In this document: in pieces, positions 1 through 7,354 of the stretch | How the letters are laid out: each line of letters starts with the position of its first letter | How positions within the stretch are numbered: the stretch's first letter is position 1 | IMG/VR virus record: IMGVR_UViG_3300020042_006160 | Coordinates: 1-47,801 of that record | Origin: a virus | Lineage: Duplodnaviria > Caudoviricetes | DNA length: 47,801 nt | Direction: 5' to 3' (one strand) | The notes under the pieces: generated by a model | What the model was told of the DNA's origin: nothing | The model's input: only the letters and a program-made list of their open reading frames with translations | The model's database searches: none | Translations under genes and position numbers: made by a program

Positions 1-494
1 TTGGTTTGGTTTGGGTAATCGCCGGTTGTCCATGTTGAGTCTGCTGTGATTTTGAGGATTGCGTTTAGGCCATCTACGAGTGAAACATCGAAGCTTTCGT
101 ATTTGGTGTTGATACTGAACTCGAATATGTTTATACCTTGTGGGTATCCTTGTGGGATTGTTATTTGGCAGGGGTTGTTATCTCCTACGAAGGATATTAC
201 TGCTCCGAGTAGTTCTGTTGTTTTGTTAAGGGAGTATGTGGAGTCTTTTTTTGCGTAGAAGTATCCTTTGCTTGTGTTAATGGTATCTGTAATTCCGAAT
301 AGTCCTAATACTGAGTTGGGTGCTTGGATTGTTAGGAATACTTTAACACTATCTTGGTTGGAACTATTTGTTACTGTTACGTTGGTGTAATTACCCGCGA
401 TTTTGGGTTCTGCGGGGTGGGTAATGAAGTAGAAAGCTACTATGGAAGATGTTAGTAATCCGATTGCTGCGAGGATGAAGATAAGTTTTTTCAT
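1..494 (-). CDS. Exported/membrane-anchored protein with thaumatin-like motif (3' end beyond window edge; not in ORF track)
   Basis: ATG at 494, open to the window edge: MKKLIFILAAIGLLTSSIVAFYFITHPAEPKIAGNYTNVTVTNSS...INIFEFSINTKYESFDVSLVDGLNAILKITADSTWTTG. N-terminal signal/anchor; FDVSLVDGLN resembles thaumatin YDVSLVDGFN; TACCTTTG promoter element upstream. Confidence 0.75.
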   Translation of the reverse strand, partial: MKKLIFILAAIGLLTSSIVAFYFITHPAEPKIAGNYTNVTVTNSSNQDSVKVFLTIQAPNSVLGLFGITDTINTSKGYFYAKKDSTYSLNKTTELLGAVISFVGDNNPCQITIPQGYPQGINIFEFSINTKYESFDVSLVDGLNAILKITADSTWTTGDYPNQT

Positions 495-520
495 TGTTTT
501 TTTGTTTGTTGGTTAGGGTG

Positions 521-528
521 CAAAGGTA
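521..528 (-). promoter_or_regulatory. Bacteroidota sigma70-type -7 element (TACCTTTG)
   Basis: Matches TAnnTTTG, 26 nt upstream of the ATG at 494. Confidence 0.6.
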
Positions 529-663
529 TTATTTACAATTACATGTTGCTATGCAGGAGCATACTTTTATTATTATTCGTTTAACTTCCGCGGTTGCGTG
601 TTCCGAGCCTACTTGGTTATCGGCTTCTTGGTATCGTTCTATTGTTATTCCGTTGATTATCAT
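529..663 (-). CDS. Small hypothetical protein with Cys-rich C-terminus
   Basis: MIINGITIERYQEADNQVGSEHATAEVKRIIIKVCSCIATCNCK. The ATG at 663 has an A-rich leader and is preferred over the track start at 720. Confidence 0.45.
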   Translation of the reverse strand: MIINGITIERYQEADNQVGSEHATAEVKRIIIKVCSCIATCNCK

Positions 664-774
664 AATATGTAGTAGTTTTTTAACCCTTATTTCCGCCCTA
701 TTCGCGAATACCATCGGCACAGGCTAACACCATTTGTCTCCATTTGGACGCTGATTAGGTTGGGGATTTTTTAA

Positions 775-1296
775 TTATATACAGTAGTAATCATTCCACA
801 ATTCTTTGTGTAGTTCGAGAGATTTTTCAGCTAATTCTTTTGATACAAAATATATGTCGCCTGTCATTACGCCTAATATCCGTGTTACGTTTAACTCTGT
901 GTACTGGTCCATTGTAATAGAGTGAGTTCCATTTATTAATGTGATATCATTCCACGCTTCAGCTATTGCCATTAACTGTATCTCTGCTAATTGTCTTTTA
1001 GCTATTACTTCAGATGTTACATAAGGGTAGCAAACAAGTTGTTTTCTTTTTTCTATAGCTCCGTTTAGTGAGTATGCCCATCCTTCTTTGTCTGGTTTAA
1101 CTGTAGATTTAAAGTCGGGGTATATTTCCCACGGTTTCTTTGGTTCAAAATCTGCTGCGTTTTCTATTACTAATTGCCAGTCGTTAGAATCTTCAAATAT
1201 CCATCTTTGCAATGTGTATCCGCCTTGTTGGGAATGAAATAATCCATCCACCCCCTTAGTAACGATTTGTCCAGTTTTTTTGTGCTTGTACTTCAT
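775..1296 (-). CDS. Hypothetical phage protein (173 aa)
   Basis: ORF track; 4-nt ATGA overlap with the upstream gene. Confidence 0.8.
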   Translation of the reverse strand: MKYKHKKTGQIVTKGVDGLFHSQQGGYTLQRWIFEDSNDWQLVIENAADFEPKKPWEIYPDFKSTVKPDKEGWAYSLNGAIEKRKQLVCYPYVTSEVIAKRQLAEIQLMAIAEAWNDITLINGTHSITMDQYTELNVTRILGVMTGDIYFVSKELAEKSLELHKELWNDYYCI

Positions 1297-1631
1297 AATT
1301 CGTTTGTTGTGTATTTTAGTGTAAATTCTATTATGTTTTCTCTTGTTTGGTTGTCAATACCCGCGATTTCGCAATATTGGGTAGCCTTTTCTACTATTTC
1401 TTCAGTAACCAATCTCTTGTAATACTCAGGTTTAGGTAGAACTCTTAGTTGTAAAATAACATCGTTAGACTTATTAAATGATGCGAGTAGGTTATTTCCG
1501 TCCGATCCGTTCATCCATCCTATTATGTCTGTAGAATTTTGCGAGCTTTGGATATATTTGCAAGGAACCTCCGCGATTCTCTTTTCCCCATTGAATACAA
1601 CAGCCATAAATTCATTAATAGTGTCTATCAT
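1293..1631 (-). CDS. Hypothetical phage protein (112 aa)
   Basis: ORF track; ATGA overlaps at both ends. Confidence 0.8.
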   Translation of the reverse strand: MIDTINEFMAVVFNGEKRIAEVPCKYIQSSQNSTDIIGWMNGSDGNNLLASFNKSNDVILQLRVLPKPEYYKRLVTEEIVEKATQYCEIAGIDNQTRENIIEFTLKYTTNEL

Positions 1632-1930
1632 ACTGAAATAGTTAAAAGTTTAAGTACTTTTTTAGCTGCGTTCTTTTTATTGATGGCTTGTACATATATA
1701 AGGTTATGGTTGTAATCTGCTTTTCTGTTTGCTAATGGCTCACCGTTTATGGTTAGTGAATCCGGCGCTGTAGTTACAATTTCCTTCATTTCTTGCGTCT
1801 CTGGGTTAAATCCCCAAAGTTTGCAACCTGTTTTAAGTTGCATTTGGCCAATCAGCTTGTATTCTTTCTGTTGGTTTACTTCCTGGTGAACCTCTATTTT
1901 CTCACTCTTTATGTCTGATATTTCTTTCAT
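1628..1930 (-). CDS. Hypothetical phage protein (100 aa)
   Basis: ORF track; part of the tightly packed minus-strand operon. Confidence 0.8.
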   Translation of the reverse strand: MKEISDIKSEKIEVHQEVNQQKEYKLIGQMQLKTGCKLWGFNPETQEMKEIVTTAPDSLTINGEPLANRKADYNHNLIYVQAINKKNAAKKVLKLLTISV

Positions 1931-1939
1931 GACGGGTAT

Positions 1940-2110
1940 TTAATTTAAAAATCCTATTCTCCAAACACCTATTTGGATACCTTTTTCTATTTCATAACGC
2001 TGGGAGAATGTTAATCCGTGGATACTTATATCCTTCCATTTTACTCCAAAGTTGAAAATTCTAATGAAACCTCTGCGGTATTCGTGGCTGAAGTAAAAGA
2101 ATCTTGACAT
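1940..2110 (-). CDS. Small hypothetical protein (56 aa; not in ORF track)
   Basis: MSRFFYFSHEYRRGFIRIFNFGVKWKDISIHGLTFSQRYEIEKGIQIGVWRIGFLN; starts immediately after the stop of 2111..2353 and fills the operon gap. Confidence 0.65.
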   Translation of the reverse strand: MSRFFYFSHEYRRGFIRIFNFGVKWKDISIHGLTFSQRYEIEKGIQIGVWRIGFLN

Positions 2111-2353
2111 TTATACAGTTTTTCTAAGTTCTACGTTGGAAGTTGTTTCGAGCTTTGCTCCTTTGTTTAGCGCTAAAACTGCTTCGAGTTCTATGTACAC
2201 TACTCCTGATTGGTTTGGTCCAACCGTAAAGGGTATTTCTACCATTTGAGTGTCGAATGTAACTTGGTGTTGTGGTGGCGTAATAATTCCCACGCTTTTT
2301 GGTGAGATTTTTATCTCTTTTCCCAACTTCATAATTCTCTTTCCTAAAATCAT
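2111..2353 (-). CDS. Hypothetical phage protein (80 aa)
   Basis: ORF track; first gene after the minus-strand promoter. Confidence 0.75.
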   Translation of the reverse strand: MILGKRIMKLGKEIKISPKSVGIITPPQHQVTFDTQMVEIPFTVGPNQSGVVYIELEAVLALNKGAKLETTSNVELRKTV

Positions 2354-2381
2354 ATTGTTAATAATTATGTATTTATATCTG

Positions 2382-2411
2382 CAAATATAGTAGTAGTTTT
2401 TAAATAAACAA
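2382..2411 (-). promoter_or_regulatory. Bacteroidota sigma70-type promoter for the leftward operon
   Basis: TTG (2411-2409), 19-nt spacer, TATATTTG (2389-2382): matches the -33/-7 consensus. Confidence 0.7.
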
Positions 2412-2542
2412 CACTATTTTTGTAAAAAAAGAAATATTTATGTTTATTACATTAGTTACCCTTGGGATACTTATTTTGTGGGGTTATATGATTAATTCTT
2501 GCGGAGAGGATAAAGTTGAATAATTTTTATTAATTTTGGGAT

Positions 2543-2743
2543 ATGCGAATTATAGTCAAATCTGAAAAATATTCTTGTACTTGCTGTAGAAAAATGACAG
2601 AGGTGGAAGAGATGTTTGATATAGAGGATGAGCGTATTTGCGTAGATTGCTTTGGTGGGAGATTTTTCCCGGCTTTGGAGCGATTGGGTTACGAAATTAT
2701 AAAATTAAATGGAAGAGCGATACCGCGTAGAAGCGAAAATTAG
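2543..2743 (+). CDS. Small zinc-finger protein (CxxC...CxxC)
   Basis: CTCC and CVDC motifs; TAATTTTG at 2531-2538. Confidence 0.6.
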   Translation: MRIIVKSEKYSCTCCRKMTEVEEMFDIEDERICVDCFGGRFFPALERLGYEIIKLNGRAIPRRSEN

Positions 2744-2960
2744 AAAGATAATTGTAGGTGGTCAGAAGGATGGCTTTCATTATGAGGTAGGTAAATATAT
2801 GCCAAACGCTGGTTTTACTGTACACGAAATCTTATTTAACGAAACTCATTACGACTTTTTTAAAGAAGTTAGGTATGAGATTTATGTTGAGAAAAATAAA
2901 GAAATTAGTTTGTGGAAGCATTTTGTTAACTTACCTTTAATCATAGAATACTTTGTGTAA
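2709..2960 (+). CDS. Hypothetical phage protein (83 aa)
   Basis: ORF track; TAATG coupling to the next gene. Confidence 0.8.
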   Translation: MEERYRVEAKIRKIIVGGQKDGFHYEVGKYMPNAGFTVHEILFNETHYDFFKEVRYEIYVEKNKEISLWKHFVNLPLIIEYFV

Positions 2961-5278
2961 TGGGTATAAATGACCAAATAAGAAAAATAACAGAGGTTAA
3001 AATACCTACGGCTGAAGAGTCGTTGGCAGGCATAGACACCAAAGTTTCTACCAAAACCGAGCAAGTTTTAACGAATGAGAAGCTGCAAGAGCAGTTGGAC
3101 AATTCGCCGCTTACTGATGCAGAGTTGCGCGCCTCGGCTGTTCCCGTTGATACTGGGTTAGACCAACCATTAACGGACGATGAGTTAAGAGCAACCCCTG
3201 TTCCTATTAGCGGAACTGTAACTGTAGACACTTCTTTGCTTGCCACGTCAGTAAAACAAACAGACGGTTCTCAAAAAACACAGATAGTTACTTCAAGCGG
3301 TGCTAATATTGAAAACACTTTATCAACTGTCAATAGCACATCTACTTTATTAAATGCAGGGGCAACTTTTACAGGTACTGGCGAAGACGTTTTAAGGTTT
3401 AACTCTATGGAGTGTGCGTTAAAAACAGACCAAGCAGGTACTCTTTATATTGAGTTTAGTCCCGACAATACTAATTGGGATAGTTCACTTTCCTTTAGTG
3501 TTTCCGCATCGGTTAATGAGGTTCATAGAATAACAGTAACTCGAAGATATTGTAGGGTAAGATTCACTAATACAAGCGTAAGCAATCAGACTTATTTAAG
3601 ATTGCAAACTATGTATGGCAGTCAGCCGCAATTAACAAGTTCTTTAAATAGTACCGTTCAACCAGATGCAGATAGTTTAGTAACTCGTTCTGTTTTAATG
3701 GGACTATTAAATAACGGAACTTATAAATTTGTTCCTGTATCTGCTGAGGGGCACATGGAAGTTGAAATACATGGACCTCTTAATCCATTTGGTTCTCTTC
3801 ACGTTGAAAACCTTACACCAGTGTTCCAAACAGATGCTGTGTATGGATTAAATAGTGGTCAAGTACAAGCATCAGTAACAAGTGGTAGTGGTGCTGTTAC
3901 AGGTGCAAATAATTTATTTAAAGTTGAAACAGGAGTAACCATTTATTCGCAGGGTGTTTTATTAGGTCGTAAAAGATTAAGATATAGAGCAGGTCAAGGA
4001 GTTGTTGGAAGATTTACAGCATTATACACCGCACCTATTGCTTATTCTTATGCAATCGCAGGTTTTGGAACTGCTTCCGATGGTGTTTATTTTGGTTATG
4101 GAAACACTAACGATTTAACCGATACAAGATTTGGTATTTTGTATGTTCGTGGTGGAGTTCGTGAGATTAAAACATTAACAGTTACCACAGGTGCGACAAG
4201 TGCAAGTAATTGTACTATAACTTTAAACGGAACAGCGTTTGTAGTGCCATTAACAGCAGCTTCAAATATTCAAAGAACCGTTTACGAGATAAGCACCTAC
4301 GCAAGTTATACAGGATGGGATGCTTATGCAAGTGGAGCAACTGTTATATTTGTTCGCAAATCGGCAGGGGTATCAGCAGGTACTCAAACATTCGCAGCAG
4401 GAACAACAGGAGCAGCGGCTACCATTGCAGTAACTAAGGCAGGTGCAGCAAGTGTTGATACTTTTATTCCTCAATCAGAATGGAATGGGGATAGAATGGA
4501 TGGAAGCGATAGTGCTAACAATCCAAGTGGTGTTTTATTAGACCCGACAAAGGGTAATGTATTTGAAATAGGAATACAATACTTAGGCTTTGGAGCGATA
4601 GACTTTAAAGTCGAAACAGCATCAGAGGGAACTAATAATGCAACGTGGGTAGCAGTACATACATTAAGATTACCGAATACTTTAACTGCTCCAACTTTTA
4701 CTAATCCATCGTTTCCGTTTACAATGGCTGCTTATAGTGCAGGTAGCACAACAAATGTAGGTGTAAGCGTTGGTTCGTTTGCTGGTTTTATTGAGGGTGC
4801 TAAAATGCTTCAAGGTAATAGATTTAGTTACATCAATCAATTAACAAATGTTGGAGCGGTTAATCTTCAAGCCTTGTTTACGATTATGAATACTCGCTAC
4901 TATGCAGGTAAGGCAAATCAAGCAGTTATAAATTTATTGAGCGTATCGGGTGCAATTAAACATACATCGCCTGTTATTTATTATTTAATCAGACAAGGTA
5001 CATTAGCAGGTAATCCAAACTTTCAAACATTATCAACTAATAGTTGTTCTGTTTATGACATCGCAGCAACAACTGTAACTTATACAACAGGCGACCAGTT
5101 ACTTTGGACAGGACACTTAGGAGATACAGGAGAAATAGACCATCATTTCGGTAATGGAAATTATAACGCTGAAGAAGTAACCTTGCAACCGGGCGAGTGG
5201 ATAACATTAGCTGCTAAATCAACAACAGGTACTCCAGCTTATGTCACGGGCAGCATCAACACAAGAGAAGACCAATAA
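2960..5278 (+). CDS. Putative virion surface/fibre-like beta-rich protein (772 aa)
   Basis: Thr/Ser/Gly/Val-rich; two LTDxELRA..VP repeats near the N-terminus; beta-strand-like composition. Confidence 0.6.
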   Translation: MGINDQIRKITEVKIPTAEESLAGIDTKVSTKTEQVLTNEKLQEQLDNSPLTDAELRASAVPVDTGLDQPLTDDELRATPVPISGTVTVDTSLLATSVKQTDGSQKTQIVTSSGANIENTLSTVNSTSTLLNAGATFTGTGEDVLRFNSMECALKTDQAGTLYIEFSPDNTNWDSSLSFSVSASVNEVHRITVTRRYCRVRFTNTSVSNQTYLRLQTMYGSQPQLTSSLNSTVQPDADSLVTRSVLMGLLNNGTYKFVPVSAEGHMEVEIHGPLNPFGSLHVENLTPVFQTDAVYGLNSGQVQASVTSGSGAVTGANNLFKVETGVTIYSQGVLLGRKRLRYRAGQGVVGRFTALYTAPIAYSYAIAGFGTASDGVYFGYGNTNDLTDTRFGILYVRGGVREIKTLTVTTGATSASNCTITLNGTAFVVPLTAASNIQRTVYEISTYASYTGWDAYASGATVIFVRKSAGVSAGTQTFAAGTTGAAATIAVTKAGAASVDTFIPQSEWNGDRMDGSDSANNPSGVLLDPTKGNVFEIGIQYLGFGAIDFKVETASEGTNNATWVAVHTLRLPNTLTAPTFTNPSFPFTMAAYSAGSTTNVGVSVGSFAGFIEGAKMLQGNRFSYINQLTNVGAVNLQALFTIMNTRYYAGKANQAVINLLSVSGAIKHTSPVIYYLIRQGTLAGNPNFQTLSTNSCSVYDIAATTVTYTTGDQLLWTGHLGDTGEIDHHFGNGNYNAEEVTLQPGEWITLAAKSTTGTPAYVTGSINTREDQ

Positions 5279-5346
5279 CCATTTCATTAACATCTCCAAA
5301 TTGGTATAGTTTTACTATATTTGAATAATTAAATTCAAATATAAAT

Positions 5347-6222
5347 ATGACTACATTAATCAAGGAATACGTGGTAAAAGTTGACCGCGCTTCAGAAGAC
5401 ACCATTACTATTGGTGACAAAAAACTATTTTTAGATACACGTTTTCAAGAGATGCAACACATTACACAAGAGGGTGTTATAGTGTCTTTGCCATCTAATC
5501 CGCGCTTTTGCTTACCTAATATTGAACCTGGGGATACTGTGTATTTTCACCACTTTACTTGCTCGGAGGAAAACGACATTTCTGAAGGGGGGGAGAAGGA
5601 ATTTTACAAACTATCTTACACTAATATTTTCGCAAGGAAACGCGGGGAAGATTTACAATCAGCAGGCTACCATCATTCTTACGGACCACACGTTTTAGTG
5701 GACTACATAGAGGAATCTGAATCTGATATTAAGACAAAATCGGGAATATTTACAAAGACTGTTGCTGATAGAGAACGTCGAGAGGGAATTGTACGCTACT
5801 CACAAAACGAAGATTTAATAGGATTGAGAGTATTTTTTAAAGCCAACCACGACTATGAATTAACGGTTAATGGAAAACGTATTTACCGAATGTATGAGCA
5901 GAGCCTATTGGCTGCAATTACCGAAGGTGGGGATTATATACCAACACCAAGGAACTACGTTGTAAAGGCTTTAGAAGTAGAAAGAGAGATAAAGATAGGA
6001 AACACCAGTTTAATTATACCAAAGGTTGCCGTAGATAATGACGGAAGGGTGAGTAAATTTACTGAGGGAAGAATTGTAAGAGCCGGGATGGGTTGCCAAT
6101 TACACCAAGGAGATAGAATAATGTACCGAAAAGGATTAGATCGCCGCGATGAAATAACAGTAAAAGATAAAAAGTATTTCATTCTAAATGAGGATAATAT
6201 AGAAATTTTCCTATCTGAATAG
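5347..6222 (+). CDS. GroES/Cpn10-like co-chaperonin with three tandem domains
   Basis: Domain 2 has VLVDYIEESESDIKTKSGIF (GroES mobile loop, KTxSGI). All three ~95-aa units show EG-[VIR]-[IV] followed by a GD[TR][VI]-like strand; units 2 and 3 end in a GroES-like 'ELTVNGKRIYRM / EITVKDKKYFILNEDNI' motif. Confidence 0.75.
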   Translation: MTTLIKEYVVKVDRASEDTITIGDKKLFLDTRFQEMQHITQEGVIVSLPSNPRFCLPNIEPGDTVYFHHFTCSEENDISEGGEKEFYKLSYTNIFARKRGEDLQSAGYHHSYGPHVLVDYIEESESDIKTKSGIFTKTVADRERREGIVRYSQNEDLIGLRVFFKANHDYELTVNGKRIYRMYEQSLLAAITEGGDYIPTPRNYVVKALEVEREIKIGNTSLIIPKVAVDNDGRVSKFTEGRIVRAGMGCQLHQGDRIMYRKGLDRRDEITVKDKKYFILNEDNIEIFLSE

Positions 6223-6230
6223 AAAATAAA

Positions 6231-6261
6231 TTTGGTAGGTAAAAAACCTTTACTACATTTG
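6231..6261 (+). promoter_or_regulatory. Bacteroidota sigma70-type promoter of the replication operon
   Basis: TTTG (6231-6234), 19-nt spacer, TACATTTG (6254-6261). Confidence 0.75.
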
Positions 6262-6273
6262 TAACGCATTCTC

Positions 6274-6371
6274 AACCATCACATGAATAGCAAAAATTTT
6301 TATTTAACATATTCCAACAGTCTTGGGCGTAGCGGGTTTCGTGATGGTTACCTCTCCCCAAGATTCGTTGG
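6274..6371 (+). ncRNA. Putative structured 5' leader RNA (hairpin with loop pseudoknot)
   Basis: Stems CCAAC/GTTGG, TCTTGGG/CCCAAGA and AG-GGGT/ACCTCT; loop GTGATGGTT (6341-6349) is the exact reverse complement of AACCATCAC (6274-6282). Confidence 0.6.
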
Positions 6372-6381
6372 TGTAAACTAA
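6283..6381 (+). CDS. Putative 32-aa leader peptide
   Basis: MNSKNFYLTYSNSLGRSGFRDGYLSPRFVGVN; reads through the whole hairpin and stops 11 nt before the next ATG. Confidence 0.35.
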   Translation: MNSKNFYLTYSNSLGRSGFRDGYLSPRFVGVN

Positions 6382-6392
6382 CATTTTAACAA

Positions 6393-6638
6393 ATGAAGTA
6401 TAGTCGTTATGAGGAACCATCGTGTTCTCGAATGAAAGCCGTTGAGGCGTTGTTTATTTATCATGACATTGATAAATATATTGAAAAAGTTATTGATTGT
6501 AAAGGGAACTTAAATGTTTATTGGCACAAATTTCCAATCTACTCCATTAAACAATTAGCAGAGTCTGTTTGGAAATACTTTCATGAATACGAAGTAAATC
6601 ATTACACAAGCAATTACACAAATACTAATGATTGTTAA
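6393..6638 (+). CDS. Hypothetical protein (81 aa)
   Basis: ORF track; A-rich initiation region. Confidence 0.65.
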   Translation: MKYSRYEEPSCSRMKAVEALFIYHDIDKYIEKVIDCKGNLNVYWHKFPIYSIKQLAESVWKYFHEYEVNHYTSNYTNTNDC

Positions 6639-6660
6639 ATAATAATAAAAAAACAAAATA

Positions 6661-7353
6661 ATGAACCATCAATTTGACATAGACGACGCTCGTAAGTACG
6701 GTGTTAATTCTGCTATAATATTAAACAATATTCGTTTTTGGGTTGCAAAAAACAAAGCAAATAAAAAACACCTTCACGAAGGTTCGTATTGGACTTATAA
6801 TTCCATAAAAGCTTTTTCCGAACTATTCCCTTATTTAACTGAAAAACAAATAAGAACAGCTCTTGGAAATCTTGAAAGCCATGGTATTATTAGTAAAGGT
6901 AACTTTAATGAAAACAAATACGATAGGTCTAATTGGTACTGCCTTAACGGTGAAATCCATTTGCCAAAGGAGGAAACTCCATTTGCCCCACAGGGCGAAT
7001 GTATAACAGATATTAAACCAATAGTTAAACAATATAATTACATGTCCCTTTTGGAATATATTAATAGTTTAACTAACAAGAAATATAAAGTAGTTATAGA
7101 TAAAGCAATTACTAACTTAGACAAGCTGGCTAAAAACTATACCGAAGACGATGTTAGAGTTGCTATATTCAACTGCTCAAAAGACGAGTATCACATAAGT
7201 ACAAACTTTAAGTTTTTAACCTTAGAGTTTATATCCCGCCCAGACAAGTTCGAGAAATTCTTTAACGCATCATTTCAAAAAAATACAAGTCAACCAATAT
7301 CAGACACGGAAGCTAAAATAAAAGCAATGTGGAAACAATCAAGCAATAGTTAA
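6661..7353 (+). CDS. Phage replication initiator/replisome organizer (winged-HTH N-terminus, conserved phage C-terminal domain)
   Basis: ARKYGVNSAIIL...YWTYNSIKAFSELFPYLTEKQIRTALGNLESHGII; C-terminal YINSLTNKKYK...FLTLEFISRPDKFEKF; lies directly upstream of the helicase. Confidence 0.8.
   Translation: MNHQFDIDDARKYGVNSAIILNNIRFWVAKNKANKKHLHEGSYWTYNSIKAFSELFPYLTEKQIRTALGNLESHGIISKGNFNENKYDRSNWYCLNGEIHLPKEETPFAPQGECITDIKPIVKQYNYMSLLEYINSLTNKKYKVVIDKAITNLDKLAKNYTEDDVRVAIFNCSKDEYHISTNFKFLTLEFISRPDKFEKFFNASFQKNTSQPISDTEAKIKAMWKQSSNS
6956..7040 (+). repeat. Iteron-like repeats plus AT-rich tract: candidate replication origin inside the initiator gene
   Basis: TCCATTTGCC at 6956 and 6978 (22-bp spacing); inverted half-site GGGCGAATG at 6993-7001; AT-rich sequence follows. 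Confidence 0.55.
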
Positions 7354-7354
7354 A

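Noticed and set aside
46-727. Plus-strand ORFs 46..258 and 494..727
   Set aside because: Shadows of the minus-strand genes, which have promoter elements, A-rich starts and better protein features.
6314-6371. Leader hairpin as intrinsic terminator or hammerhead ribozyme
   Set aside because: No U-tract directly after the stem and no CUGAnGA/GAAA core.
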